This document shows positions 13,697 through 25,743 of a stretch of DNA of 64,000 nucleotides, in pieces. The DNA is from Phoronis australis. Lineage: Eukaryota; Animalia; Phoronida. The first letter of the stretch is position 1; each line of letters starts with the position of its first letter. The notes under the pieces were generated by a model, which searched no databases, was not told where the DNA came from, and saw nothing but the letters and a program-made list of their open reading frames with translations. The stretch covers positions 478,531 to 542,530 of the forward strand of contig NMRA01000130.1 of assembly GCA_002633005.1 (NCBI GenBank), given 5' to 3'. A program made the position numbers and the translations under genes.

Positions 13697-13952
13697 GGGT
13701 CTGTTTTATGAAAAGTGACTTTTGGTCTTGCGCTCGTACTTCACAAGTGCTGAAAAAACGTTTGGTTAAATAATTATGAGTGCATCACAGTCTAGAAATA
13801 ATTTGTAGAAATTATATTAGCAGCCAGCAGTTATGTGCATGTTATGAAAATTTTTGCCCTTTTGCCCAGGAGTGATATTATTAATTTTCAGAAATACTTG
13901 TGTTGTGATGAGACCAAATTTAGTGTTAAGTCACTTAACACGAAAGAGACCC
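13697..13952. mobile_element. Harbinger-like MITE with CWG flanks
   Basis: CAG|GGGTCTGTTTTATGAAAAGTGACTT ... AAGTCACTTAACACGAAAGAGACCC|CTG. Confidence 0.65.
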
Positions 13953-13955
13953 CTG

Positions 13956-14386
13956 TGTTCGGTTGCATGAAACAGTCCCAAATAGGGACTCCACTAAGTT
14001 CCCAAAATATTGTGTATTTGTTTCTTTCTTCACTCTCAGATGTTATATTCTTCTATCATTTTATCTTTGTTATGAGCTCCTCCTTGACTACTGACATTTT
14101 CTAATAATATAACTAAAAACTGAGCCCTTAATTAAGTCAAATTAATTAGGGACTTAGTCCTTAAATTAGGTGCGTTGCGTGAAAAGATACCTAATTATTT
14201 TCAATAATATTGAGAATTCAACTTATAGTTTCCTCTCAATTCGTATCAAAGTCAAAAACTGACTTGATTATGAGACTTAAACAGTACAATAAAGGACAAT
14301 CAGTGTTTTCACAAGTCCACAAATACGCAGTAGATTTAGGGAACTTAGTTAAGTCCCTATTTGGGACTGTTTCATGCAACATAGCA
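13956..14386. mobile_element. Harbinger-like MITE, CTG TSD, abutting the previous MITE
   Basis: Perfect inverted block GTTGCATGAAACAGTCCCAAATAGGGACT; CTG at 13953-13955 and 14387-14389. Confidence 0.8.
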
Positions 14387-15179
14387 CTGGTCTTCCTACT
14401 TGCTAAATAAATGCGTTACAAATGAAACAGAGTTATTTGTCATAAAAAACGAACTGATTTTGAATACCTATCTCATCAAAGATGGGACAAACTAACATGA
14501 CCTCAGCAAATAACGCTGGTCAGAGATCTGTGTAGAGAATACAAGAGCAAACCAAACGATTGTATTATATCATCCTTTACACATGGGGGAGTACAAAATT
14601 CATACAACCGTTTCGCAATAAGAGTGAAAATTCCACAATGGCCAATTTAAACTTTCAGCGGTACGACTTCACATATAAACTGAGAATGTATGGATCTGTT
14701 ATCTTAATAAATGCTTCTTTAAATAAAATTCTGTTTGATAGTTTGCTTTGAACAATTCTTAGCCTTTGTTTTCTCAGAATTTCAACCCTCCATTCAGACT
14801 CTGAATGATCCGTCGATTTCATTTTGTCATTTTCCATAATGTGCTGGGGGGAGTCTTTAATCAAGGATCGAGTTGATCTTATCTAAGTTTTCTATTACCT
14901 GTAGTTTATTGCTTAATGACAATCTACAGCACTACAATCAAAGGGCTAGATCACAATCAAGTATCTGTGATAAGTATACCTGTCCGTACTCCGAACAATG
15001 CAACACTATAAATGATTACAAGGGAGGGACAATTGACCAAGTTTTAGATGGATGGTTGCCCTACCATAAATCCAACTTGAGGTTGCTCAGTGTCAGAATT
15101 TCTCCATCATGTGTTGTCATGGCTTGTTTTAGTCATTTGGGCTGGTTTTTGTGAACAGCGTCATATATCATTATGTATA

Positions 15180-16494
15180 CCGTATTCGCCCTAATAAGCA
15201 CCCAGGGCGCTTACAAAAATTCGCGCTTCAGAAAGGGGGGGCTTATTTTAGCCCAAAAGTGGTTGAAACCTGGTCTCCAAAACGGGTGAAATCATAAGCT
15301 AGAATTCATCAAATTTACGCTCTTTGACGCATCTGTAACCGTATGACAGTTTCTATAAAATTGCAGTGCGTTGCTATCAAACTTTGTAGTTAAATTACGA
15401 GCATTCAGAAAATCCCACTGCCAAAAAATTGCCGACTGATGTGTCGCTGCCTCGCGATCACTGATAGGTCAACTTGAATTCTTGAGTACAAATAGAGTTT
15501 CGACTCAACAAATTACCTGAAGTCCTCCTCAAGTTTTCAAAATACTGTCCCTATGATTTTTAAGTTCCTGTGGAGTCGGGATTAACAGCATATTTAGTCC
15601 AAATCTGCGCTAGATCATACTCCGCAACACGAGAAGAATCTCTGGACGAACCCACATGTTGTTGTCACATGATGCTTGCTTTGAAGTTCATCTGCGTATT
15701 GTGTAAGTCAGCGAGCACGTGCGTGTCATCCGATGGGAGTTCATTTGCCAGAGTAAACGCGAACTAAGGAAATTAGCACAAGCGGTAAAGCAGAATGGGT
15801 TTTATTTAGCGCTTCTTGATCTCATCTGCTCAAAAACGTTCATGAATTGTCTCGGTAAGGCCGATGTCATCGAGTCGCCGGGTGACTGGTTGCATGACTG
15901 TCTTACAGTTATTTTCCAGGAGATTCAGGTGGTGTAAGGGTGCGGAAGTGTTCACCATAGTGGGTCATTTTGACTTTAAAAACACCAAGATTATGACTAA
16001 CTTAATAATTCCCCCTTAAAATATTGCAAATGTTTTTTACGGTATTAGAAACTTTCGGAAATAATCATATGCCAGTATTTATTTCTTACTGATGCTATAC
16101 TACCCGTTTCATGAATAAATAGTTCCCGAAGACTAATCTTCGATGACAGGTACTTGTCAGTAGCGCGCGCTTCATGGCCACGTGCTTTTGACTGGACAAA
16201 GGTCAAGTTTTTATTAGTCTTCTGTCCGCGCTTGCGTTCTTTTTGAAGCAAGGCGGAAGTTTGAAGTGTATAGTCACGGCTAAATATCGACATAGCGGCG
16301 AGGCTCATGGTCTACAAATTCTGCGCACATTGATTTTTTCAAGACTGTTGGTTCTAATTGATAAATTGAATACGTTAGTGTAGAATTTTAGAACTGTAGG
16401 TAAGGCATTTTTCACATGTACACAGCGTTTGTGGACTGGGCGCTTATTTTAGCAAAGTCTGAAAATGCGTGGGGGCACTTATAGGGCGAATAGG
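15180..16494. mobile_element. Non-autonomous Tc1/mariner (pogo/Tigger-like) element
   Basis: TA|CCGTATTCGCCCTAATAAG left end, CTTATAGGGCGAATAGG degenerate right end, subterminal GGGCGCTTA(TTTTAG) repeats at both ends. Confidence 0.7.
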
Positions 16495-17111
16495 TTAAGT
16501 GATTTCAAAAGGGAATGATTTTGTTGCCATCTGGTGATGAGTAAAATAACTAGGTTAGTAAAAAGGGTTCACCCAAGCACCACCAGAGGGACTTAGAGAG
16601 TGTTAGCCAATCAGTTGTGGTCGGTTATTTATAATATTCTGTTGCTCTGGATGGGTCACTCTAATTGTCACTCAGGGTGGCTTCTCAATATGCTGGTTGT
16701 TGTCTCCAGTGGTCACTCAGAGGTGGTTGTTCTTAATGACAGAACCTATTAAGTTGCGCTTATGACTTAGTGTTGGTTAAATAATTAACCAGGTTATTGT
16801 CACTTTTAATGGCCACCTTAGGTACAGGGCTACTCCAGTGGTCAGTTCAAGTTAATTACTCCTATGTTAAGTCGTAGTTAGCTTCTCAAATCACTGCTCT
16901 GTTTTCCTATGGTCACTTGGGGCGGTACGTTGCCCTCACCTCTGAGTTGATCATTCTAGTGGTCAGTCTTGGGAGAGTGTTGTAATAATTTCATGTGTGT
17001 TACGCTCTCCCTGTATCGGTAAAAACATTGCCAGTTGAAGGGGTTGATTTACGTAAGTCCAGGTCACAACAAATGTTAGTTTTGTGCATTTAATATGTGA
17101 TAATTTTTCAG

Positions 17112-17205
17112 AGCTCAAAGTGAGACTCCTGTTGCCAAAAGAATGAAGTTAGACCTTGCCTCTAGCGATTCCAATGGCTCAGACTTCGACAAAACCAAGG
17201 CAGAG
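17112..17205 (+). CDS. NAB: NAB coding exon (RAQSETPVAKRMKLD...KTKAE), contains a basic NLS-like KRMK
   Basis: tttttcAG acceptor, GAG|GTATAG donor, phase 2 to 0, open in the expected frame. Confidence 0.85.
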
Positions 17206-17514
17206 GTATAGTTGTCTGAACTGGTGATTGGTTAAGATACATGCAGTGAAAGTAAATCAAGTGCATGACTTTAAATCTAGTTGCAGAGGCAGTCAGAGAT
17301 TTGAACCACGTAGGGTAATTTCGTAAAATTTAATATGCTAATTTAAAGGTTTCGGTCAAAAATTTTTATTCGGGCAGTAGCGTGCAGAGGTCTGGTGATG
17401 CCTGGGGTGGTTGTCTCTACTCAAATGCATGGACCCTAGTACTAAGAAAAGGAAAAAATGAAACGTAAAATAGAAACTTGATTGAAGATGAGTTTGCAGT
17501 GGTAATATCATTAC

Positions 17515-17536
17515 TGTTGTTGTTGTTGTTGTTGTT

Positions 17537-17568
<32 letters not shown>
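17515..17568. repeat. (TGT)n microsatellite
   Basis: About 18 trinucleotide units with one interruption. Confidence 0.95.
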
Positions 17569-17737
17569 ATTTATTCACCAAGTAAACATCAATACCAAGT
17601 ATGAGTAAAAATTATCAGTATTCTTAGTACGTGTTGTTTAATAAATAAAGATTGACAAAAGTTTGAAACATTGGTGTTTAATCCATGATTTGATGTCAAA
17701 TTGTAAAAATTAATGTGTCGTCTGCTGTCTTCACCAG

Positions 17738-17857
17738 GGTCGTCTGAAGGACATCGTTAATGGGTTACAACAGATCGCTGACATTCAGGAACAGATTAAA
17801 CTGAAAATTGAGGAGGCGAAAGAACAGGAAGAGTACGAAGTGATTCACGGACTTCAG
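17738..17857 (+). CDS. NAB: NAB coding exon, coiled-coil-like (GRLKDIVNGLQQIADIQEQIKLKIEEAKE...HGLQ)
   Basis: gtcttcaccAG acceptor, CAG|GTGATA donor, 120 nt, phase 0-0. Confidence 0.8.
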
Positions 17858-19558
17858 GTGATAAAGACATTCTGTTACTAAAAACTTAAATAGATCTTTT
17901 CTTAAAATTATATTAAGCCCTGTTTTGGAGATTTCATCCAAAATTGGTTCCATCACTTCCTGACACACAATGGCTGAACTTGATTGATTTTGCCAGCTAC
18001 GCTGAGTCATCCAGCTAAGGGATCTGATTGGCATTCAATGATGACTTCTGGCTCATAGACCAATGAGGTGAATTAGCCGGTTGCAGCCAATTAGTCTATC
18101 CTATGAGAGACAAATACATTATTTTAACTATCACTTCTTCACTGCGTCACATAGTGGATCCTATGTTTGATTTGTGCGGCTATTCCCCGCAGTTGTCACC
18201 TTAGTGCACCCAAACTGTTAGTCATGTTTGCTGATTTAAAAGGCTTTGTTAATAGTTTTTAAGGTTTTTCTGAACTTTTGATTGTAGACTTCAGTGACGG
18301 AGCATAGTTAAAAGGATACTAAACCCTGTTTAGGGGATTTCAGCTAATCCTCGCTCTAAACCCTGCTAATGCACTATTCGTGTGAAAACAGTATTCAACT
18401 AATAACACTTGAACTGTGCCATAAAATGGATTGTGTGGTTTCTGGCGGGTGGTTTTCCTTGTAGATTCTGCCTAACTCAGCTAATGCGTTAGTCAGTTTT
18501 CAAACTTGTTCCAAACTTTTGAGGGTCGATGAGGGTTGTGTAAATGACTTCAGAATGGAAGTTTATACAGATGCATCTGTTAATAGGCTAGAATTGGACT
18601 TAGTATCCTTTTAAGTTTCCACAATATGTAGTGACTGAGTCTTTGATATCTGTTAAAAAGCCAAGACTTAGTTTAGCATCCTTTGAAGTTGGTGTGTAGA
18701 TGGCTTTACTTATCTTGTTGTTTTCATCCCTGCGTTTCTGTTTCTTTATGTGTGTAATAGCTACTCTACTGTTTGTATATTGCTGTGTTGCATTACAGTC
18801 TTCCTGTTTTTGCTGCCTATTTTCCTGAAATTCTGTATTGCTTCCCCTCTGTCAAAACAGAGGCTATTGGACGTGCATCTACACCCCAAAAATAACACCT
18901 ATAAGCCACACCTCTGCACAGTATGCAACTTTTAAGGTTGTATGGACCTTATCAACAACCATGTGCTGTGCTATCACTGAAGAGGCCACCTTCATTTTAA
19001 ATATCACAATAAATAAATAAATGTGCGTTTAGCCAAATATCTGCAGTATGTTAAGTATATACTTTCTGATATCGGAAAGCCTGAAAATTTTGAATTTTCA
19101 CTTCATACCAATCAGTCATTAATTGGGTCATGTCTTTATTGAAATTTATTCAAAATAGTTTGGTGCATTATTTTATAGGAGAACTATCGTTATCGGTTTT
19201 TAATACCATGACCAAGATTTTTTTGAAATTTCAAGAAGGATATGAAAATTTTGTAAATCACCCTTTTGTTTTCATTTTATGCGGCAACAGTCGAGTTTTT
19301 TCCTAAAATTCCTGAAGGTACTAATTTTTGATAGCCTCACATGCTAAACTAGAACGATTTAAAAGCAAATCCTAACAGTATTTGGATGCTATTGCGTAAA
19401 GAACAGTATCTGAAAGTTTTCTCCTGAATACAATCGGGCATCTCCGAGATGTTAGGGTACAAAATCATGATATGGAATTTGCACCGTGTTTGAATGTTTG
19501 CCCTGTGAGAACACCGTAGTTCGTTTCACACCACTGACCTTGTTGCTTGAACTTTCAG

Positions 19559-19644
19559 AAATCTCTAGAAGAATGTGCTAGTGAACAGCTGAAGTTATTG
19601 ACAGAGCAAGCTGAGATTAAGAGGAGGGAGAAACTATGCCATAA
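19559..19644 (+). CDS. NAB: NAB coding exon (KSLEECASEQLKLLTEQAEIKRREKLCH)
   Basis: actttcAG acceptor, AA|GTGAGT donor, phase 0 to 2. Confidence 0.8.
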
Positions 19645-20139
19645 GTGAGTAGCGTTTTCACACTCAAAATTTTTCTCAGAATTCTCAATCAACTGCAATT
19701 GATCTTGCGAAAATCGACCTTGTATTGAAGGCGTGTTCCTCTTTCTAGTGAGGCATCGTTTGTAGAATTTGATTGTTGGACTAATCGATGTCGGGCAGAC
19801 GCTATTTTTCAAACTGAATAAAAATCAGTTTTACCATCAATTGTGTTGTTTTAGTCTCCAAAGATGTCTCAAATTTAAGACTTTTTGCAGTGTGAAAGAA
19901 ACGATGTCTACTGTGAAAGTTTGTGGTAGCGGAGTTTGTTGTATAGGCTAACAGTTCTTAAATTGTAATAAACTTGTTGAAAATACACACCAAAATTGTA
20001 AATAATGCGGTTTCGTGTTTGTAATTAAACACAAAACAGTCAAGTCCTCAAACTTAGTATAATTTCTCAGCAGTTTAATTCGTAATCTGAAACATGCTTT
20101 GGTGATTGTTTTTAATGCTGAGGTGCATTTTGATTTCAG

Positions 20140-20174
20140 GAAATCTCTGGAGCCCAACGGGCTAGATGACAATG
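20140..20174 (+). CDS. NAB: NAB 35-nt small coding exon (KKSLEPNGLDDN)
   Basis: tttgatttcAG acceptor, ATG|GTGAGT donor. Bridges phase 2 to phase 1, which the last exon needs to be in frame. Confidence 0.8.
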
Positions 20175-21007
20175 GTGAGTGTGCGCCATTTTCTTAATAT
20201 GCAGTGGTGACGTACGGATCGCGAGATGGTGGTAGAGTGCTTAGGGGACACGGGCTTAACCATGGGTGCCACATCGGGCCACAGCCCCTCGTTCGTGGCA
20301 AAAAGTCCTCCGGCGGTTAAAACTTATTTCAGTTTTGCATTTGAATGCCTCCAGAGTTGCCACACACTTCACCCTCCCTTCCTGGTCCTCGACAACAATT
20401 TTGCACTCGACTCCCTCTGTTGGATACTTCTGGCAACCCCGGTGTTGCTCTCTCCTGGAGATTTGAGGATTTCACGTTGTTGTGAATGTTTTTGCTGTCT
20501 TCATGCTGTCAAATTATTAATGTTGAGCTAAGGATTTGTGCTGAAAAGTCCAACATTGCTCCATGTGTGTAAGTGACGGTTTTTACGCTTTATTTCGCTC
20601 ACCGGAATTTTTAGAGTTGCACTCTGAGTCCATGTTATGTTTTTCGAAATATATGCTTACAGTAAAATATCACCAATTTTGAACAAAAGTGATTGCCAAG
20701 TTAACCTATTTTTCATTTTTGTGAAAACGCGAAATTTGTCAAAGCATCGCCTGATGCCAGCTATGGTCTAGAACATGAAAATAAACATTTATTTGATGTT
20801 ACTTAATATCCTGTATGAAAATATAAAAAAATATAGAAGTCCACTTGTCCACCATAGTGTGTCCTGATTTGGTGACAATTTACCGTTAGTACCTATTAAT
20901 TTTTACCCTTTTGGTATGCCTTCTACAAACATATATTATTGCTTTTGTTATTAGTACTAACAGTTATAAGTAGGCAGTTTTAAACGTAGGTAAATTTTCT
21001 CTTGTAG

Positions 21008-21333
21008 ACTCCGCCAACTACAGCAATACATCGTCACCACAAGCAGCAGAAGAGAAGCCGGATATTCTCAATGTCCCAGCCAAGAAGAACGTCGAGGAGA
21101 ACCGGCAGTTCGTACATGAGACATTATTCGATGAAGGTCTTCGTATTGCCCAGCAGTATGGAATGGCAGATTTTGCCGAAGAACTCACCGAGTTGAAGCC
21201 GAAGTTTGTCGGGGCAGATAAAACGGAAACCGGTGCTATAGACTATAACACAGCTGAGGAGAGTGAGTCTGATGGAAACGCCACAGACCAGTCTAGTCAT
21301 GTTGTGAATGGGAGTGGCCAGTCTGTCTCATAA
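21008..21333 (+). CDS. NAB: NAB terminal coding exon (DSANYSN...HETLFDEGLRIAQQYG...GQSVS*)
   Basis: ttttctcttgtAG acceptor, open frame to TAA 21331-21333, NAB C-terminal motif. Absent from the ORF track. Confidence 0.9.
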
Positions 21334-22207
21334 CATTTCCATGGCAACAAGCACCGTCCTTAAACTTAGCTGGTCCTTGAGACAGTCGTGAGGTTGTAAA
21401 AGATTAACTGGCTCATCTCTGAGGTCTTGACAACGACATCAATATTCACTAGGTGGCGCTAGTAAATCTGTGGTGTCATCTGGGTTACAACAAAGGTCCC
21501 TTAGATCAGGGATGTAGCCCTGTAGATAGACAGGTTTTGTTATTACTCTGTTCCATTGGAGCTACATTTTGCCCGGTTTAGCTGGCTAAAAATGAAAATC
21601 AAATTAGGTCCGTTACTCTTATAAAATCGGTCTCATGGTATTCCTTACTGTGATAGGAGTCTATTTCCATTACATACAAGAACATTGAGAGCAGAGTTTA
21701 TCGGGGTTGGCCAACCCTAAAATTGCGAATTCGAAAATGTCTTGAGTTGATGGCTCATTCAGCAACAATCGGATAAGCCTTGTAATCTTTTCAACCCCAA
21801 AATTTTTTGCTTAGGAATTCAACATTGACAACGGTGAAATTCCCCTTTAATAGCAGGCACATATTGTTAGCATCAGCGCCACCTAGTATGTGGAGAACAC
21901 AGCTGAAGTGATGAAGATTTTATTGCAGCATTTGTGTTGTTAATATTGAAACGATTCTACAATCCACAAAGTGCCCTTGTTTTATTGGTTAACAAATTTA
22001 CCATGAATGTCTTCAAACACAAAAGTGGCTAAAAGTCGTTTTGTGGACAATGGTATGTAAAATAGTAAGGTGCTCTCTGTAGTGGGGGGTAGACCAGAGC
22101 CGAGAAAGCTATGTTTACCTTGCCTTTACTGTTTGCTGTTAGAAAGGTCAAAGGTCAAAGGTTGATGTCTTTATTCTTGTTCATGTAGGCGTTGTCACTT
22201 AAGTTTA

Positions 22208-22692
22208 TGTAGGACCTTAGAAAATATCCAAATTTGGCTAACTTCGGAATGTCATATACCAAAAATGGCTGATAGGGTTCATGTGCCATGCTTTGTGCAT
22301 TGTTCTCCAAAATTCTGTTGGGAATTGTTTATAAAATGTTCCACTTTTGCATGAGGGGTTGTAAAAATGTGGCTTTTACGAAAAGTATCAAAAGTTGCAT
22401 AAAACAAAAATGAAATATTCAAATTAGAAAAATGACAATGTTTTTAAGATTTCATTTTGAACGCCCATACGAAATGAAATTAACGATGTTATTAATTCAT
22501 TTGTTTTCCTGAGCATGTTCCTATCCATTTTTGTTAAATTTTACACAAGACATGGTCATGCGATCTAATTAATGACAGCTTCGTTTAAAGTTAAACTTTC
22601 TACTTTCAGAAAGAATATACTTTTGCTGACGTTATTGCTATAGTTTTGTAGATATCCGGCGTAATACTCTGACTAGTAGATAAGGCCCTACA
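22208..22692 (+). mobile_element. Same 500-bp repeat family, copy 3 (within putative NAB 3' UTR)
   Basis: TGTAGGACCTTAGAAAA...GATAAGGCCCTACA, flanked by TA on both sides. Confidence 0.75.
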
Positions 22693-25600
22693 TAATCTTA
22701 ACAAAGTCACTGATTAATGAAAGAAATTGTTGCCTTGGATATTTTAAACTGTTTTCTGTTACTGGTAATTTTTATGTAAGTCTGAATCACATTTTTGAGA
22801 AAACTTCAATTAGACTTTTTGTGGATGTACTTTTTAGACTCCGAAATGATCATGGGTGAATTCATGTTCAATTGACTTGTAGAATGCTTTGTAAATCCTG
22901 GAGCCCTACATCTATCAATTACTAAAAGCTTTGTCCATTGGTCATAACATTACAATGCCAGTCACTCTCCTATGCCGAGCATTTTTTTGTTTTACTTTAC
23001 TTTTGAAAAGTTTGAAGTTTACTATCTTGCATCTCCTTTTGTGAATGATCGTGTTTAGACAGACTTATAAACCCACCTTCCATCACAGGAGACAACTTTT
23101 GATGTAGATCTCCTGTCATCGTGAATTTGGTCTCAAATTGTCCCTTTAGTGAAATTAAGTGTGATTTCTGGGAGTGTTCTTAACTGACAGTTAATAATTG
23201 CTCGACATCTGTGTCTACAAGTTGATTTACCACGGCGTGTCATTTTATTCGCCGAGCATGGTCTCTAGCAATAACAAACTGTCAGTTCTTAGCAAGATTA
23301 GCGGTCACGTCTCATTTGCAATGGGTAAAGAAAAAGTTTTGACCAATTTTGTAGTGTAATGGGACGAAATTAAAAGTTCTCTTCTTGCACGAAACGGGGG
23401 CTTCTAACCACTCTAAGGCTTACTGAACTTTTGATGGTTCCCCTGTTTCTATTCTGACTGCTTTGAAATGGGGACGAGGTAGGTTAGTTGAACATTTCAA
23501 TGTTATGTGATGTATATTCTATATATAGGTAAGGTAATTCAGTTACTCAGACACTGCATGCTTACTGCTTCAAACAGAAAACAACGACAACACACCATTC
23601 GTTGAAAAATTACTGTAATTTGCAGTTTGAAACGTGCGAAACAGCAAGCGCGCAGTCTCTCAGCAAGTGAATTACTTAACCTATCTTGGCCAGAGACTAT
23701 GAAATATCTTTTTTCTATATTCTAGTTGCAATGTCATTGTATCGGCAATGACGCAAGAATATTTCATTTTTGCAATTTAGAAAATTATTTTTTTCTTCGG
23801 GTTGTAATACAATTCTTGAGTCTTGCATGTAATGTACAGTAGGGTTAACGGGCAATTTAAAGTTTTGGTCTGTAGTATGTTGAGGTTTGGTAAAGTGAAT
23901 GCTCCTCAAAAGAAATTTTTTTAACGTATTTCCAAGTAAAGGACATTTCTGTTATTTTGTAGGTTGTGTTGTAATGTGTAACCAAAATGTACTTGCAGGA
24001 TTCTTGCCATTTTGCCACTTTATTAGTTGTTGAGAAATATTATTTTGTTGTTTTGCATAATATACAGCTGAAAGCCACAACTATAAACTAAAAATGCTAG
24101 TGTGTGAATATATTTATTTTGATTTGTATACATATATGAACGAGGTGAGTTTTTAAACTGAAAATTTTTCACTTGTTACAGTCATCCTCCTTCATGACAA
24201 AAATTTGTGATTTCAGTAGATTCCACCTAAATTTGTGGGACCTATAGGCTGATTTGTGAAAATGCAAAAATGTGCTGGCAGTCCACGGAGGTGGTGTGCT
24301 CGGATTTTATTTATTTAACTTATTACGCTTAAAATGCCAAAAAAATTATAAAACGAGGGGTGCTTAGCAAAGGTCTAATTTAGGTTGCCATTGGTTGAGG
24401 ATTACATTGACGTTATATAATGAGAGAAATTAACGTGCTGTTGTATGGATAGTTAATGGAGAAACGAGGGGTGCAGTTGCATATACGCACAAGTGTGCTG
24501 TGGAAACTAGGTACTCAAACTGCGTTAATACTTGCCTAGTTTATTACATTCGATTGCCCATTACGTTTTTCACTAGTCCAAGCTAACCCTAATTAATACG
24601 AGTCGAATCAGTTACGTTATTGAAAAATCCCAGGAAGTTCATCACCAATTGATTTGAATGTATTCAACTGCATTGATGTCATGATGTAGCCACGACATGA
24701 ACTGGAAAAAAAATAACAGAGCCAGTGGTATGGGTTTTCATGACTAACTTTTCTAATGACTAAATTTACATAATCCGGGGTTGCTGATGTAACTGAAAGC
24801 ATCATTTTGAGTTCTTCAGTGTCCTGATAAGCTGTAGACTCAGAGACTTCCATGTCCTAAAAGGTGCGACACCTGGTGGCTGTTCCGTAGACGCTGTACA
24901 CTCGCGAAAACGCAAGTCTTCGTGAGATGTCGCAGTGCATTACAAATGAAGTGGTCGCGGTAGCTTTACGCTCGAGATTCTTGTGCGTGTGGAACTGGGC
25001 CCAGGTGGAGCCCCTAATGGCCATTGCGGGTAGTAGTCATATCTCCATCCAAGGCATTTGCGGAGATATTAAAATTATATATTTGCAACATAACTGTCAT
25101 ATGGTTGAGGGATTTGTGTTAGTATTTGTAAGAATGACTCCTGTTGCGTTGGAAACTGAGCTTTGTGATTGGCAGATGTTAATAAGTGAACGTTGTAATC
25201 TTTACCCTAAGTTTACCGAGGCATAGTGCAAATTAGTGATGCAGACTTCGTGTTCAAGTTCACTCGACTGACCTACTTAATATGAACATCCTGCTTAGTG
25301 TCTATGGAGCTAATTTCTTTTCATTAGAGACATTTAGCAAAATTGCAGAATATACCTACAGTGTAAAAATGTACGTTTGTTTTTAGTGCCAACCGTGTAT
25401 TCAAAAGATGGTTTTACAGTTACTCTGACTTTGCCGACACTGCATTTGTTGAAGTCGTAACTTCCAGTTCCTTTCAGGATTCCCATATACCTTCTACAGT
25501 TTTGCTCCCAGTAATCCTTACAAAGAAATTACCCAATGCTTCCCAAAAATATCTGTTACATATTTTTATAGTAACGCTAGTACTTGTGTAGTGATTCCAG

Positions 25601-25737
25601 AGTTGTTCGACTCGGGATATGTTGTATTGTTGGTTGTTGACTTTCCTCCTCTCATCATGTTGATGATTTATAATGTTTAACATTGATCACGTGTCAAACG
25701 ATTAATTACAGCTCGTGCGCTGTTTGATCAGGATTCC

Positions 25738-25743
25738 AATAAA
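25738..25743 (+). promoter_or_regulatory. Candidate NAB poly(A) signal AATAAA
   Basis: First canonical AATAAA I found after the NAB stop, followed by GT/T-rich tgttttgaagtgttttgttt. Would imply a 3' UTR of about 4.4 kb. Confidence 0.5.

Larger units (their letters stand above)
5980..21333 (+). other. NAB: NAB gene (NGFI-A/EGR-binding corepressor), 5'-partial, 9 coding exons in window
   Basis: Exons join in frame through GT-AG introns. They encode NCD2 (IRKYSAIYGRFDSKRK...[10 protein letters not shown]...[20 protein letters not shown]) and the C-terminal ETLFDEGLRIA motif resembling NAB2 QTLMDEGLRLA. I did not find NCD1 in 1-5979, so it is presumably upstream. Confidence 0.95.
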
